The notes: generated by a model not told the origin, from the sequence alone. DNA of 64,000 nucleotides from a candidate division CPR2 bacterium GW2011_GWC2_39_10 (GCA_000993275.1 LBVV01000009.1:2897-66896); one strand, 5' to 3'; numbered from the stretch's first letter, positions 22,284-31,902 are shown. Numbers and translations are program-made.

Positions 22284-22448
22284 GTAACTGCTCACAATCC
22301 TGCATTTTATGTTCATATATTATATTAAACTATTTATGTCATACCAAACTTGATTTGGGATCCACTTGTTCAGTTAAATATCGAGCTTTCTGGATTCCGG
22401 ATCAAGTCCGGAATGACAAGAAAGGGGGGGGTGATTGTGAGCAGTTAC
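22284..22448. mobile_element. MITE-like element, 165 bp, with perfect 16-bp terminal inverted repeats
   Basis: gtaactgctcacaatc at 22284-22299 and gattgtgagcagttac at 22433-22448; the interior holds a family-B palindrome (gtcatacc...ggattccggatcaagtccggaatgacaag); the same TIR begins the 97-bp repeats at 1723 and 6206 and ends the copy at 39754-39769. Confidence 0.6.
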
Positions 22449-22798
22449 AGCAAAAAATATTGATTTTTGGCCATATTTATGATAAAATATAAAATCAATC
22501 AAAATGTAACTTTGCAAAAAAATAAAAAAAGTGGAATGAATTTAGGAGGGGATTCGGATGTAATTGAAATGGTATCTCGTTTTGTTTGCAAGTTTCGTTG
22601 TGTGCGGACTGTTTTATTGGTACATAAGAAAGATCAATAAGGTAAGGGCTTTAGAACTCTGGAGATTACAGATTACAGATTCTATTATGGAAAATGGACT
22701 TTCAACAGTAGAAATGGGGGAACGAGGCGCGTAGGTAGAAATCCAACTTGCTTAAGATGTGTAAATTGTTTATGATAATTTAGTAAATAGGAGCAAGA

Positions 22799-23188
22799 AT
22801 GGGCGATCTCTCAGTTGCAATTTTGATATGTTTAATAATAGTTATTCTGATTTATTCCATACCATATCGTATTGTGGGAGATGTAATTGGTTTTATTCCG
22901 CGACATGCGATATCAAACTATCCAGAAATAGCTAAGAAATATTTCGGCTCAGAAATCGCTAATTTAACCTCTATGATAGCCATCTCTGGTGGAATATTTA
23001 GGTATAAAACTAAAATAAAGCAAATTAAAAGTTTTCTAAATGATACAGACTGTTCTCAGGATCCAAGGCTTGTGAAACTTGTCAAAAGGCTTAATATTTT
23101 TTTAGTGATGCGAAAGATCTATTTTGGATTACTAATTATGTTAACTATTTATTTCTTTATTTTTCTTTATCTAACATCGATGAGATAG
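22799..23188 (+). CDS. Hypothetical small membrane protein
   Basis: ORF with hydrophobic helices only. Confidence 0.3.
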   Translation: MGDLSVAILICLIIVILIYSIPYRIVGDVIGFIPRHAISNYPEIAKKYFGSEIANLTSMIAISGGIFRYKTKIKQIKSFLNDTDCSQDPRLVKLVKRLNIFLVMRKIYFGLLIMLTIYFFIFLYLTSMR

Positions 23189-23244
23189 TTGCAAGAAAAG
23201 GCTATTGGGTCTATTTATTATTTTCATAAAAGATTTTATCTTTT

Positions 23245-23455
23245 GCCACTTTTTGGAAAGTGGCGTAAAACTTTCGGCTGTCTTCGCCAAAGTGTCGGAA
23301 GTAGCACTCATTCTTTCTCAAAAAAATTGCCGCTCCTCCGGATCGCCCTCACGCCCAGCTAAAGCTGGCCTCCGGTAGGAATTTTTTTGAGATAGTCATT
23401 CGTTTCTTCCTCTCTTTGGCTGCGGAGGCCGATTTAGGACTCGTAAAATCGAAGA
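23245..23455. repeat. Diverged copy of family C repeat
   Basis: Shares gccactttttgg..agtggc hairpin, ctcaaaaa and cgtaaaatcg blocks with 25289-25415. Confidence 0.35.
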
Positions 23456-23467
23456 TTTTTTGGTAAT

Positions 23468-24028
23468 ATGAAGTCAAAAGGAGCATTGGTGAAAATAAAA
23501 GATAATAGTGACTTGTTTAATGAATGTAAAGACGCCTTTAGGTTAGAAACGTTATCCGTTTACTCAATACCTGAAGAGGAAAAATACCTCCAATTATATT
23601 ATGATGGCAAGCCACTACCACCACAAGAATGTTGTATGACTGAATGGCACACAATGTTAACAAAAGCGAAAGAAAGAGGCGCCTCTTTTAAAAGATTGAG
23701 GTCTTTACCGGAAAGTTTTAATAACTACATAAGAGCCGAAATTGAATGGGGCTACATATATAATGCCGAATTCGGTGAAAATATAAGAATGATTACTCCT
23801 AGTTTGATAAAAGAGAAAGTTAGCAAGGAAAAACTTGTAGATTTTTGGATTTTTGATAATGCTTCAGTTTTACTAATGAATTACGATACGGAAGGTCATT
23901 TCCTTGGCAGCAATCTAGTGGATGACTTCAGGGAAGTTGATAAATATATAAAGATAAAAGAGTTGCTATGGCCGCTAGGCCAGAAGCTGGAAGATTTTTT
24001 AAAAGAATATCGCGCTAAAAAGTATTAA
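23468..24028 (+). CDS. Hypothetical protein, 186 aa
   Basis: Clean ORF; no recognisable motifs. Confidence 0.45.
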   Translation: MKSKGALVKIKDNSDLFNECKDAFRLETLSVYSIPEEEKYLQLYYDGKPLPPQECCMTEWHTMLTKAKERGASFKRLRSLPESFNNYIRAEIEWGYIYNAEFGENIRMITPSLIKEKVSKEKLVDFWIFDNASVLLMNYDTEGHFLGSNLVDDFREVDKYIKIKELLWPLGQKLEDFLKEYRAKKY

Positions 24029-24103
24029 AACTCGACAAATTTGTGGTTTTTTTGCTATAATTAAGCCATGAATTTATATTGTGCAATTTTTTTATAAGTT
24101 CTA

Positions 24104-24133
24104 GATTCCCGATCGGGTCGGGAATGACGAAGG
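24104..24133. repeat. Family B hairpin repeat (gattcccgatcgggtcgggaatgacgaagg)
   Basis: Palindrome cccgatcggg flanked by the ggaatgac motif. Confidence 0.5.
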
Positions 24134-24205
24134 GAAAGCAGATTCCGGCTTTTATCTAAAGAGGGTAGGCACGTAAAGACTTGTTTATTGCTTATTGCTT
24201 TTTGT

Positions 24206-25126
24206 TTATTTTTTAACTAGTGGTAATGTACAGCATCTAAAGCCTGCTCCGGTTTTGGGGGCTTCGTCAAATTTTACCGGAATAATTTTTATGTTCATAT
24301 CAGTTAAAAGTTTAATTAATCTTGTTGCATTGTGCCGCATAATAATTGTGTTCGGGTCAATTACCAAAACGTTGGAAAATAGGGCGTCTTGTTCTTCCCT
24401 CGAGATATCAATTAACGCGTAATTATCTAAAATCTCTTGAGGAATTTCTTTTAAACCATTTTTATAAATCAGGGCCTTGCCAGCGACAATTGGGCCAAAA
24501 GTACAGTCTAGGTGCAGACATTCTTCGTCGTCTTCCGGTAGTTTCATGAATACGGGAATAACTTTATATTTGGTATCCCTTAAAGCATCTTTCAAAAAAT
24601 TTAAGCCTTCTTCAGTTGATCTTTGACCGATTCCACAAAAAACAAAACCTTTGTCCAAAATTATGTCGCCGCTTTCTAAAATTATCCCTTCGGGAATTCG
24701 AATAATTTTATCTTCAGGAATTAAATCCAAAATATCTTTTAAGGCTTCCCATTCCCGTTTACGGCTTATCTTTTTCATGTTGCAGATAAAAAACAAATCG
24801 CCGATAACAAAGGCAATGTCGCGGGGTGGAAGCTGGTCGCATACGCCGGTAGAACAGGGCAATGGAAGCAAGTGCCGAACGTGAACGCCTAAATCCTTCA
24901 AAACCAATTCTAAACCGTCAAATTCCTTTTTTAAACTTTCGGCCGTAGGTTTATCGTCAGAGAAATAATATTTTTTTTGAGTATTATTAACTATTTCCAA
25001 AGTTTTAGGGTCAGAAAGGAAATTATCCGGATAGCCAATTACCACATCCCTTAAAGTGTCCGTTTCATTCAAGCAATGGGGGATTAAGTTTTCTTTTTTA
25101 TTTTTAGTAATTATTTCTTCTTTCAT
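24206..25126 (-). CDS. Amidinotransferase-superfamily enzyme (arginine deiminase / DDAH-like)
   Basis: C-terminal GAGFRCCTLPL (catalytic Cys, compare ADI GGGPRCMSMPL) and HLDCTFGP His motif; 306 aa. Confidence 0.5.
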   Translation of the reverse strand: MKEEIITKNKKENLIPHCLNETDTLRDVVIGYPDNFLSDPKTLEIVNNTQKKYYFSDDKPTAESLKKEFDGLELVLKDLGVHVRHLLPLPCSTGVCDQLPPRDIAFVIGDLFFICNMKKISRKREWEALKDILDLIPEDKIIRIPEGIILESGDIILDKGFVFCGIGQRSTEEGLNFLKDALRDTKYKVIPVFMKLPEDDEECLHLDCTFGPIVAGKALIYKNGLKEIPQEILDNYALIDISREEQDALFSNVLVIDPNTIIMRHNATRLIKLLTDMNIKIIPVKFDEAPKTGAGFRCCTLPLVKK

Positions 25127-25214
25127 AGGTTCTAGAAGATTTTATCAAGGAAAGGGCTAGGTGTTAAGACGATTTTTCATAAATGCTATTTAGTGGTGTT
25201 TTTCTCACATTTCC

Positions 25215-25415
25215 GTCATTCCGGACATTCATTTAAAAAGTACAATCATTTGATCCGGAATCCATTCTTTTTTAAAGTACTTTCTTTTCCACTTTTGGCA
25301 GCAAAAGTGGAGCAAAACTGCCGACACGCTACAAAATCGGATTAGCACATAAGGCTCATTCACTCTCAAAAAGTCGAACTCGTCGTGCATCTCGATTTTT
25401 CCGCTACAGTCGGAC
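25215..25415. repeat. Composite repeat: family B hairpin (25215-25264) plus family C element (25289-25415)
   Basis: Near-identical to 31405-31593 apart from indels; conserved blocks ccacttttggcagcaaaagtgg, aaactgccgaca, ctcaaaaagtcgaactcgtcg, cgctacagtcgga. Confidence 0.7.
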
Positions 25416-25484
25416 AAAAGAAGGGAAATTTGATTTAAAGGCAAAAATTATTTTTTTAATCAATTCTTTGCTATAATAACATTA

Positions 25485-25811
25485 ATGAAAAAGCGGCGGA
25501 TAAAATTTATCTTAAAAGCAACGGATTTTGTTTTGCTAACATTTATTCTTTTTCCGATGGCTTTTTATATTAATCGAATTTATGGTTGCGATGCTTGTCA
25601 TTTAAATTTCATTCAGAACCTCTTAAAATCTATTGCCCAATACTTAATCAAGGTTCAGGTTTTAGTGTTTGCGCCGGCCTTAGTCGTTTTTTTTATCCCG
25701 TTTTCCATTGTCATGGAATGGGCAAGCGGCAGTCCCAGGGAATGGAAGCTGACTGCATATATCGCTTGCATCATTAGTCTTATGGCTCTAATGTATTTTG
25801 TGTTTACATAA
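25485..25811 (+). CDS. Hypothetical membrane protein
   Basis: Hydrophobic ORF, 108 aa. Confidence 0.35.
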   Translation: MKKRRIKFILKATDFVLLTFILFPMAFYINRIYGCDACHLNFIQNLLKSIAQYLIKVQVLVFAPALVVFFIPFSIVMEWASGSPREWKLTAYIACIISLMALMYFVFT

Positions 25812-25869
25812 AATACAATTGGCACTTATGAAGCGACCATGGTAAAATAGTTTTTAGTTAAGGAGGGAT

Positions 25870-26265
25870 ATGGGTTATATCGACAAAATTGCTTCTTCAT
25901 TTGCAAACTACCTGGTTGCGGTTTGGCAGCAGATTAGTTGGATTTTTACTACGGATACAATTAAAATGAAGCCGCTGTTATTTTTGGATATTATTTTAGT
26001 GGCCTTTGTTTTCTATTGGATTTACATTTTTCTTAAAAAAACCACAGCTTCACGATTCCTACCCGGGTTCCTCGCATTTTCTGTTTTTGCCGGCCTTGGT
26101 TATCTTTTTGATTTAAATGCCGTTGCTTGGTTATTTTCTAAAATGTTTTTAGTCATAATTGTGGCAATTCCCATAATATTTCAACCGGAAATTAGGGAAG
26201 CATTAAGTTTGATGTCAAAGAAAAAATCTTTGGTTAACGCTCCGATTAATAAGGAAGATAGATGA
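25870..26265 (+). CDS. CdaA-like N-terminal transmembrane module with no diadenylate cyclase (DAC) domain
   Basis: 3 TM helices ending in the CdaA linker motif IIFQPEIREAL (compare B. subtilis CdaA IIIFQPELRRALEQLGR); stops ~25 aa later; start of cdaR overlaps its stop (ATGA). Confidence 0.55.
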   Translation: MGYIDKIASSFANYLVAVWQQISWIFTTDTIKMKPLLFLDIILVAFVFYWIYIFLKKTTASRFLPGFLAFSVFAGLGYLFDLNAVAWLFSKMFLVIIVAIPIIFQPEIREALSLMSKKKSLVNAPINKEDR

Positions 26266-27482
26266 AGTACATAACCAATAATTTTTTTGTTAAATTTTTA
26301 TGTTTGGTGCTTGCCTTTGTTTTTTGGGTTTTTGTGATGGCAGCTGACACCAGAATGGGTTATTTCCCCAAAGAAATCGAGGTAAAAGTTAGAAATATTG
26401 CTAACGGTCTTGCGGTAGTGGAGGATACTGTTCCAATAAAAATTAAAGTAAAAGCTCCCTTAACCGTATATAATAAATTAAATGATAAAAGTTTTGAGGC
26501 TTACGTGGACGCTTCCAGTATAAAAGAAGCCGGGGCCGAAAATTTAGATATTAAAATTGATTCAAAGGAAGCGGGTGTTCAGGTAGTAGGGTCGGACCCT
26601 AAATCCTTCCTATTAAAATTGGAAGATGAAGAAACTAAAAAAATGGCTATAACCCTAAGCCATAAGGGAAAACCGTCTGATGATTATAAAGTTGGAACCG
26701 GGGAAATTTCGACAAAAGACGTTATAGTGACCGGTTCCCCTACAAAATTAAAAAAAATAGCAGATGTTGTGGCGTTGATAGAGTTAAAGGGTAATGAAAA
26801 AGGAAATATTGATGCCGACATGCCGGTAGTCGCTTTAGACGAAGATAACAATACCATTAATTATCTGGTTTTTGATCCGGAAATTGTGGGTGTTAAGATG
26901 GCCATTATTCCAAAGGTGGTGTCTAAATCCGTTGGTATAAAAGTGAACTTAACAGGTGAGGCGGCTAAAGGCTACTGGGTAAGCAAGATAAAAACCGATC
27001 CGGAGATTGTGGCCGTTAAAGGAGAGCTTGAAAAAATAAAAAATATGGAATATGTGGAAACTGAAAAAATTGATTTGGTGGGGAATTCGCAAACTATGAT
27101 TGCTCGTGCTAAGTTTCAGTTGCCGGAAGGTGTAAAAGTGGCAGATAATATAGACAAAGTTAATGTCCAAATTTTTATTTCTAAAATTGATGCTACCAAA
27201 ACCATATCGCCCGCGGTAAACTTTAAAAGGGGAAATCCGAAATATAAAGCGGAGACCTTAAATATGCCGGCCGTTACCTTGTCCGGTTCGCAAGCCGCCC
27301 TAAATGCCGCTACTTCTGAAAATGTTGTTTTGAATATAGATTTGTCAAGTTACGGACCGGGCGAGCAAAAAATTCAAATTAAAAAAGAAATGGTGACAGT
27401 TTCTGGTGAAGTTGAAGTGACTAAAGTTTTACCGGAGTTTATAACAATAAAAATAACGGAGATAGCAACACCAACCCCATGA
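26262..27482 (+). CDS. cdaR: YbbR-like (CdaR) protein with repeated YbbR domains
   Basis: N-terminal TM plus 3-4 degenerate YbbR-like repeats; canonical position after cdaA. Confidence 0.6.
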   Translation: MKYITNNFFVKFLCLVLAFVFWVFVMAADTRMGYFPKEIEVKVRNIANGLAVVEDTVPIKIKVKAPLTVYNKLNDKSFEAYVDASSIKEAGAENLDIKIDSKEAGVQVVGSDPKSFLLKLEDEETKKMAITLSHKGKPSDDYKVGTGEISTKDVIVTGSPTKLKKIADVVALIELKGNEKGNIDADMPVVALDEDNNTINYLVFDPEIVGVKMAIIPKVVSKSVGIKVNLTGEAAKGYWVSKIKTDPEIVAVKGELEKIKNMEYVETEKIDLVGNSQTMIARAKFQLPEGVKVADNIDKVNVQIFISKIDATKTISPAVNFKRGNPKYKAETLNMPAVTLSGSQAALNAATSENVVLNIDLSSYGPGEQKIQIKKEMVTVSGEVEVTKVLPEFITIKITEIATPTP

Positions 27483-28501
27483 AATTAGAAGATAGACATA
27501 ATTTAAAACTTATCATTATCCTATTCCTGGCGCTGCTATTGGGTGGTACTATTGGTTTTGTTGCTTTTACGGACGAAGACATACTAACCGCTTTCTACAG
27601 GACTATCATTTTAATGCTGACTCACTTTGACCATGAAATTCCGGAGACTTGGGGAGTAAGGCTTCTTGTCTTGGGTCTAATTTTTGGAAGTCTTATCATT
27701 ATGGCATATTTAATAAAGATATTTGCTCAGTATATTTTTGAAGGAACGCTGAGTGATAATATAAGGAGGCGAAGAATGAAAAAAGAAATAGATGCTATGA
27801 AAGACCATTTTATAGTTTGCGGTTTTGGGCGTGTCGGACAACAGATCGTTCAGGAGCTTATAAATGAAGATGTCAATTTTGTCGTTTTAGATCGTGACGA
27901 AAAAGCATTTCATGATAGAATATCAAAGAAGATTAAATTTTTGCCTAAAGATCCAACATTCGAGGATAATTTGCGTGATGCGGGTATTTACAGGGCCAAG
28001 TCTTTAATTGCGGGTTTGGGTGAAGATACGGATAATTTGCTTCTAACATTGGCGGCCAGATCCCTAAATCCCAACCTTTATATCGTTTCCAGATGTAGTT
28101 TTGAGGAAAATGCGGCAAAATTAGAAAAGGCAGGAGCGGACAGAGTTGCAATGCCGTATCAAATTGGCGGATATCATATGGCCACTATGGCCTTGAGGCC
28201 GGCAGTTGTTGATTTTTTAGATGTCATTATAGACAGCAAGCATCACGAATTGCAAATAGAAGAAGTTTGTGTTGAAGAAGATTCGCCGCTAATTGGCAAG
28301 CCATTAACGGAATATTTATCCAGAAAAAGAACGGGTGCCACAATTTTGGCAATTAACCGTTATGATGGAACATCTGTTATTAATCCGGCGGGAGACGAAA
28401 TAATTTATAGTAAAGACAAACTAATAATTATGGGCACAAAGAAGCAGTTGGAAAATTTGGCCAGTTCAATCTTTAGCGAGGAGAGTATTATTGTTAAGTA
28501 A
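27479..28501 (+). CDS. Membrane protein with RCK/TrkA-N and TrkA-C domains (K+-channel-like, no GYG filter)
   Basis: 2 TM helices then HFIVCGFGRVGQQ Rossmann (RCK_N) and a C-terminal RCK_C; no TVGYG selectivity filter seen. Confidence 0.55.
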   Translation: MKLEDRHNLKLIIILFLALLLGGTIGFVAFTDEDILTAFYRTIILMLTHFDHEIPETWGVRLLVLGLIFGSLIIMAYLIKIFAQYIFEGTLSDNIRRRRMKKEIDAMKDHFIVCGFGRVGQQIVQELINEDVNFVVLDRDEKAFHDRISKKIKFLPKDPTFEDNLRDAGIYRAKSLIAGLGEDTDNLLLTLAARSLNPNLYIVSRCSFEENAAKLEKAGADRVAMPYQIGGYHMATMALRPAVVDFLDVIIDSKHHELQIEEVCVEEDSPLIGKPLTEYLSRKRTGATILAINRYDGTSVINPAGDEIIYSKDKLIIMGTKKQLENLASSIFSEESIIVK

Positions 28502-28844
28502 AGAATTTACAGAAGAGCAAAAAGAGATTTTGAAAAAAAAGCTTAAAGATATCGAGGCAGAACTGGAAGAAAGAGCAGTTAAGTCGCCGGATAATATTTT
28601 TTGGAAGGCAAAATTTGATGATTTTGGCATAGAGGACGACGATGAGGTCTTAGAAGACGAAGTTTTCGATGTCAAAGTTGCCCAAATAAAAAATTTGTTA
28701 GAAGATAAGGCGCAAATTGAGTTAGCGTTGGAAAAGTTTTATAACGGAAGTTACGGTATTTGTGCGAATTGCCGTCAAGAAATTGATGTAGAAAGATTAA
28801 AGGCTTTCCCTGAAGCAACATTTTGTATAAAATGTGATTCATGA
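28491..28844 (+). CDS. DksA/TraR-family C4 zinc-finger protein
   Basis: Coiled-coil N-terminus; C-terminal CANC...CIKC. Confidence 0.6.
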   Translation: MLSKEFTEEQKEILKKKLKDIEAELEERAVKSPDNIFWKAKFDDFGIEDDDEVLEDEVFDVKVAQIKNLLEDKAQIELALEKFYNGSYGICANCRQEIDVERLKAFPEATFCIKCDS

Positions 28845-29770
28845 AAAAGGATTATAAAATTGATAATGAGGGATCCGGCAAAAGACTGGATGTTTTTTTA
28901 GTTTCCAGGGAGACTAATTATTCCAGGTCTTTTGTCCAGAAATTAATAATTGGGGGTAGGGTGCTAATTAATAATGTTTCCGGAAAAGCGAATATGATAT
29001 TAAAAGTGGGAGACTCCGTTTCATTTACAGCTCCGGAAGCAAAAAAAGAAGAAAAATTAAAGCCGTCTAACGATATAGAGATCCCTATAATTTTTGAGAA
29101 TGAAGAATTTTTAGCAATAAACAAACCGGCCGGGCTTGTTGTTCATCCGGCATTTGGTCACCCGGATGATACCTTAGTAAATATTCTTGTATCAATGCGT
29201 CCGGATTTAATGCGTCTGGATAATTTACGTCCGGGAATTATTCATCGGCTGGATAAAGATACTTCCGGCATAATGCTGGTTGCAAAAACCCAGGAAGCGG
29301 TAACTTTTTTATCCAAGGAAATTGAAAATAGAAAAGTAAAGAAACATTATTTGGCTTTGGTTTTTGGCAAGGTCGATCCTAAAAGGGGAGAGATTAATGT
29401 TCCCCTTAAAAGATCTTCGGTTAATAGAAAAAAAGTTGATGTTTCCGCGGCGGGTAAAACAGCAATTACGAATTATGAAGTGGCGGAGGAACTGGGCAAC
29501 GCGACATTAATAAATGCTTTTCCGGTAACCGGCAGAACGCATCAAATTAGAGTTCATTTTTCGTATATTGGTCATCCAATAATTGGCGATGAAACATATT
29601 CGTCAGGGTTACAACTTCTGGAGGCGAAAAAGTTGGGGGTTACCAGGCAAATGCTTCATGCTTATCGCTTGGGTTTTAAAGACCCCAAAACTAAAAAATG
29701 GCTGGAACTAGAGGCTCCGGTTCCTCAAGATTTTCAAAAGTTACTTCAGAAAACAAGGATGGAAAAATGA
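28841..29770 (+). CDS. rluD: RluA/RluD-family pseudouridine synthase
   Basis: S4 domain N-terminus; catalytic HRLDKDTSG. Confidence 0.85.
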   Translation: MKKDYKIDNEGSGKRLDVFLVSRETNYSRSFVQKLIIGGRVLINNVSGKANMILKVGDSVSFTAPEAKKEEKLKPSNDIEIPIIFENEEFLAINKPAGLVVHPAFGHPDDTLVNILVSMRPDLMRLDNLRPGIIHRLDKDTSGIMLVAKTQEAVTFLSKEIENRKVKKHYLALVFGKVDPKRGEINVPLKRSSVNRKKVDVSAAGKTAITNYEVAEELGNATLINAFPVTGRTHQIRVHFSYIGHPIIGDETYSSGLQLLEAKKLGVTRQMLHAYRLGFKDPKTKKWLELEAPVPQDFQKLLQKTRMEK

Positions 29771-30684
29771 TCGGCGACATTATCCAATTGGAGAAGGCGA
29801 GAATGGCCTATAAAAATGGCACCCTAAAACAGTCATATTTAATTACCGGTCCGTGGGATATCGGAAAAAAAGATTTTGCCATAGCGTTTTCGGCAATGAT
29901 TTTTTGCGAAACTAAAGACAATTGCGGTAAATGTAAGGGCTGCAAAAAAACCAATTCTTTTTCTAATCCCGACTTCTATGTTTTAGATGAGGAAGGGCAA
30001 ATAAAAATTGATTCGATAAGAGAGCTAAATAAAAAATTAAATTTAAAGCCCTATGAGTTTGAAAGTAAGGTAGCTTTAATAATTGGGGCAGAGAGAATGA
30101 CAATTGAAGCGGCAAATAGTTTACTAAAGATATTAGAAGAACCGCCGGAAGATTCTGTTATTATTCTTACATCCGCCGTACCCGGTCAATTGCTAGAAAC
30201 CATTAAGTCCAGATGTCAGGATATCAAGTTAAAAAATATGCCTAAAAAAATGATTGTTGAAGAATTAATTAAAAACCATGGCTTGAAAAGCGATGAGGCC
30301 TTAAGAATTGCCAATATCGCTTTAGGAAGGCCAAAATTAGCGGAGAAATTGGTCGTAAATGATGATTATGGTGAAGAGGTTGAATTTTTAAGAGAAATTG
30401 CAAAAAAAAATTTGTGCGATAGGTTCAAATTGGCGTCAGATTTTGCCGAAAAAAAGAATGTGTTAAGGTTAATCGGTTATTGGGAGACTTTTTTTATGGA
30501 TCTTTTAAAAGCAAAAATGGATGGCAGGGATGACCTGTCAACAACAAAACATAAGGTTAAAGATTTCTCTTGGGACATCTGGGCAATCGTAAACATACTT
30601 GACATTTTAGAGAAAATGAGGGAATATATCCAGAGTAAAATCAAAAATAAACTAATTCTAGAGAACATATTCTTAAATATATGA
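29767..30684 (+). CDS. holB: DNA polymerase III delta-prime subunit
   Basis: AAA+ with zinc module CGKCKGCKK; ATG 29767 overlaps the rluD stop. Confidence 0.7.
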   Translation: MIGDIIQLEKARMAYKNGTLKQSYLITGPWDIGKKDFAIAFSAMIFCETKDNCGKCKGCKKTNSFSNPDFYVLDEEGQIKIDSIRELNKKLNLKPYEFESKVALIIGAERMTIEAANSLLKILEEPPEDSVIILTSAVPGQLLETIKSRCQDIKLKNMPKKMIVEELIKNHGLKSDEALRIANIALGRPKLAEKLVVNDDYGEEVEFLREIAKKNLCDRFKLASDFAEKKNVLRLIGYWETFFMDLLKAKMDGRDDLSTTKHKVKDFSWDIWAIVNILDILEKMREYIQSKIKNKLILENIFLNI

Positions 30685-31367
30685 AGCTTGCCGGAATCCA
30701 ATTTCAATACTCTCTTAAAATTTATGATTTCGATCAGAACGACCTGGAAATTTCATTGGGTGATTTTGTTTTGGTAGAAACTATTCAGGGTCAGGAAATA
30801 GGAAGGGTGGTTTACTTAAATAAAAAGAAAAAAACGAGTGATGAAGATGCCAGGCCGATACTCCGAAAAGCAACTTTGGAAGACCGGGAAAAAATGAAAG
30901 AGTTAAAAGAGGAAGCTGCCACTTATTTGCCGGATTTCGAAAAACAAGTCAAGAGTTTTGGGCTTAAAATGAGACCGCTTGCCGCTGATATTTCTGTTGA
31001 TGAAAAGAGATTGACTTTTTATTTTATGGCAGAAAGCAGGATTGATTTTAGGGATATGGTAAGAGAATTGGCCAGGGAATATAAAAAGCAAATAAGACTC
31101 TTACAGGTTGGTGCCAGAGACGGAGCCCGAATTGTGGGCGGTTATGGCAGGTGCGGTTTAGTAGTCTGCTGTCAGAGATTCCTTACGGACTTAGAAAGCA
31201 TCACCATGGATATGGCGAGGAATCAGAATTTGGCGGCTAAATCAGGTTCTAAAATTTCCGGAATTTGCGGCAAACTAATGTGCTGTCTTGCATACGAAAC
31301 TGATGATAAAAATAAGATTGAGAAAGAGATGGAAAAAGAAATTGATGCTGCTCAAAGCCGAGACTAA
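30681..31367 (+). CDS. PSP1-domain protein (RicT/YaaT-like)
   Basis: GRCGLVVCCQRF and CGKLMCCLAYE cysteine motifs; holB-yaaT synteny as in Firmicutes. Confidence 0.7.
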   Translation: MKLAGIQFQYSLKIYDFDQNDLEISLGDFVLVETIQGQEIGRVVYLNKKKKTSDEDARPILRKATLEDREKMKELKEEAATYLPDFEKQVKSFGLKMRPLAADISVDEKRLTFYFMAESRIDFRDMVRELAREYKKQIRLLQVGARDGARIVGGYGRCGLVVCCQRFLTDLESITMDMARNQNLAAKSGSKISGICGKLMCCLAYETDDKNKIEKEMEKEIDAAQSRD

Positions 31368-31404
31368 ATAATTGTGCATCTAATTTCAGAATGGGTTTAA
31401 GTAT

Positions 31405-31593
31405 GTCATTCCGGACTTGATCCGGAATCTATTATTTCTTTATTTCTATTTCCACTTTTGGCAGCAAAAGTGGAGCAAAACTGCCGACACGCTACAAAAT
31501 CGGATTAGCACATAAGGCTCATTCACTCTCAAAAAGTCGAACTCGTCATCTTCTCTTCGCCAAGTGCATCTCGATTTTTCCGCTACAGTCGGA
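31405..31593. repeat. Composite repeat: family B hairpin (31405-31429) plus family C element (31452-31593)
   Basis: Near-identical to 25215-25415, with an 18-bp insertion (atcttctcttcgccaagt). Confidence 0.7.
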
Positions 31594-31643
31594 GAAGAAT
31601 TATAGATATTGATATCGCAAATAGTATGGACTATTATTAATTT

Positions 31644-31880
31644 ATGTTTGGTGCATGTTTTGTAACTGATTACGGATATTATATGCTTGCCGGATTTATT
31701 ATTGCAGGTTTATTATCCGGGTACATTTCATTTTTATTAATTAGAAAACTAATCAAGACAAAGAAAGACTCTTTACTGATACCAATAATATTATTAGGAA
31801 TAGTTTTTCTTATTTCGGCCATTTTTATTTTGAATTTTAAACAACTTGCATGGATGTCGACATGTATTGCCTCAGTTTAA
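31644..31880 (+). CDS. Hypothetical small membrane protein
   Basis: Two hydrophobic helices; 78 aa. Confidence 0.3.
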   Translation: MFGACFVTDYGYYMLAGFIIAGLLSGYISFLLIRKLIKTKKDSLLIPIILLGIVFLISAIFILNFKQLAWMSTCIASV

Positions 31881-31902
31881 TACAAATAATAATAACAAAT
31901 AA

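Noticed and set aside
25289-25415. Family C repeat as a possible tmRNA or other known structured RNA
   Set aside because: No tRNA-like acceptor/T-arm, no tag-peptide frame ending in a stop, multiple copies per 64 kb, and no RNase P or SRP conserved blocks.
25229-25444. Minus-strand 71-aa ORF (and similar ORFs 51521-51703 and 1632-1847/1671-1937) overlapping the repeat elements
   Set aside because: The reading frame is not conserved between repeat copies (indels of 18 bp and frame changes) and no RBS is present, so they are called noncoding repeats.
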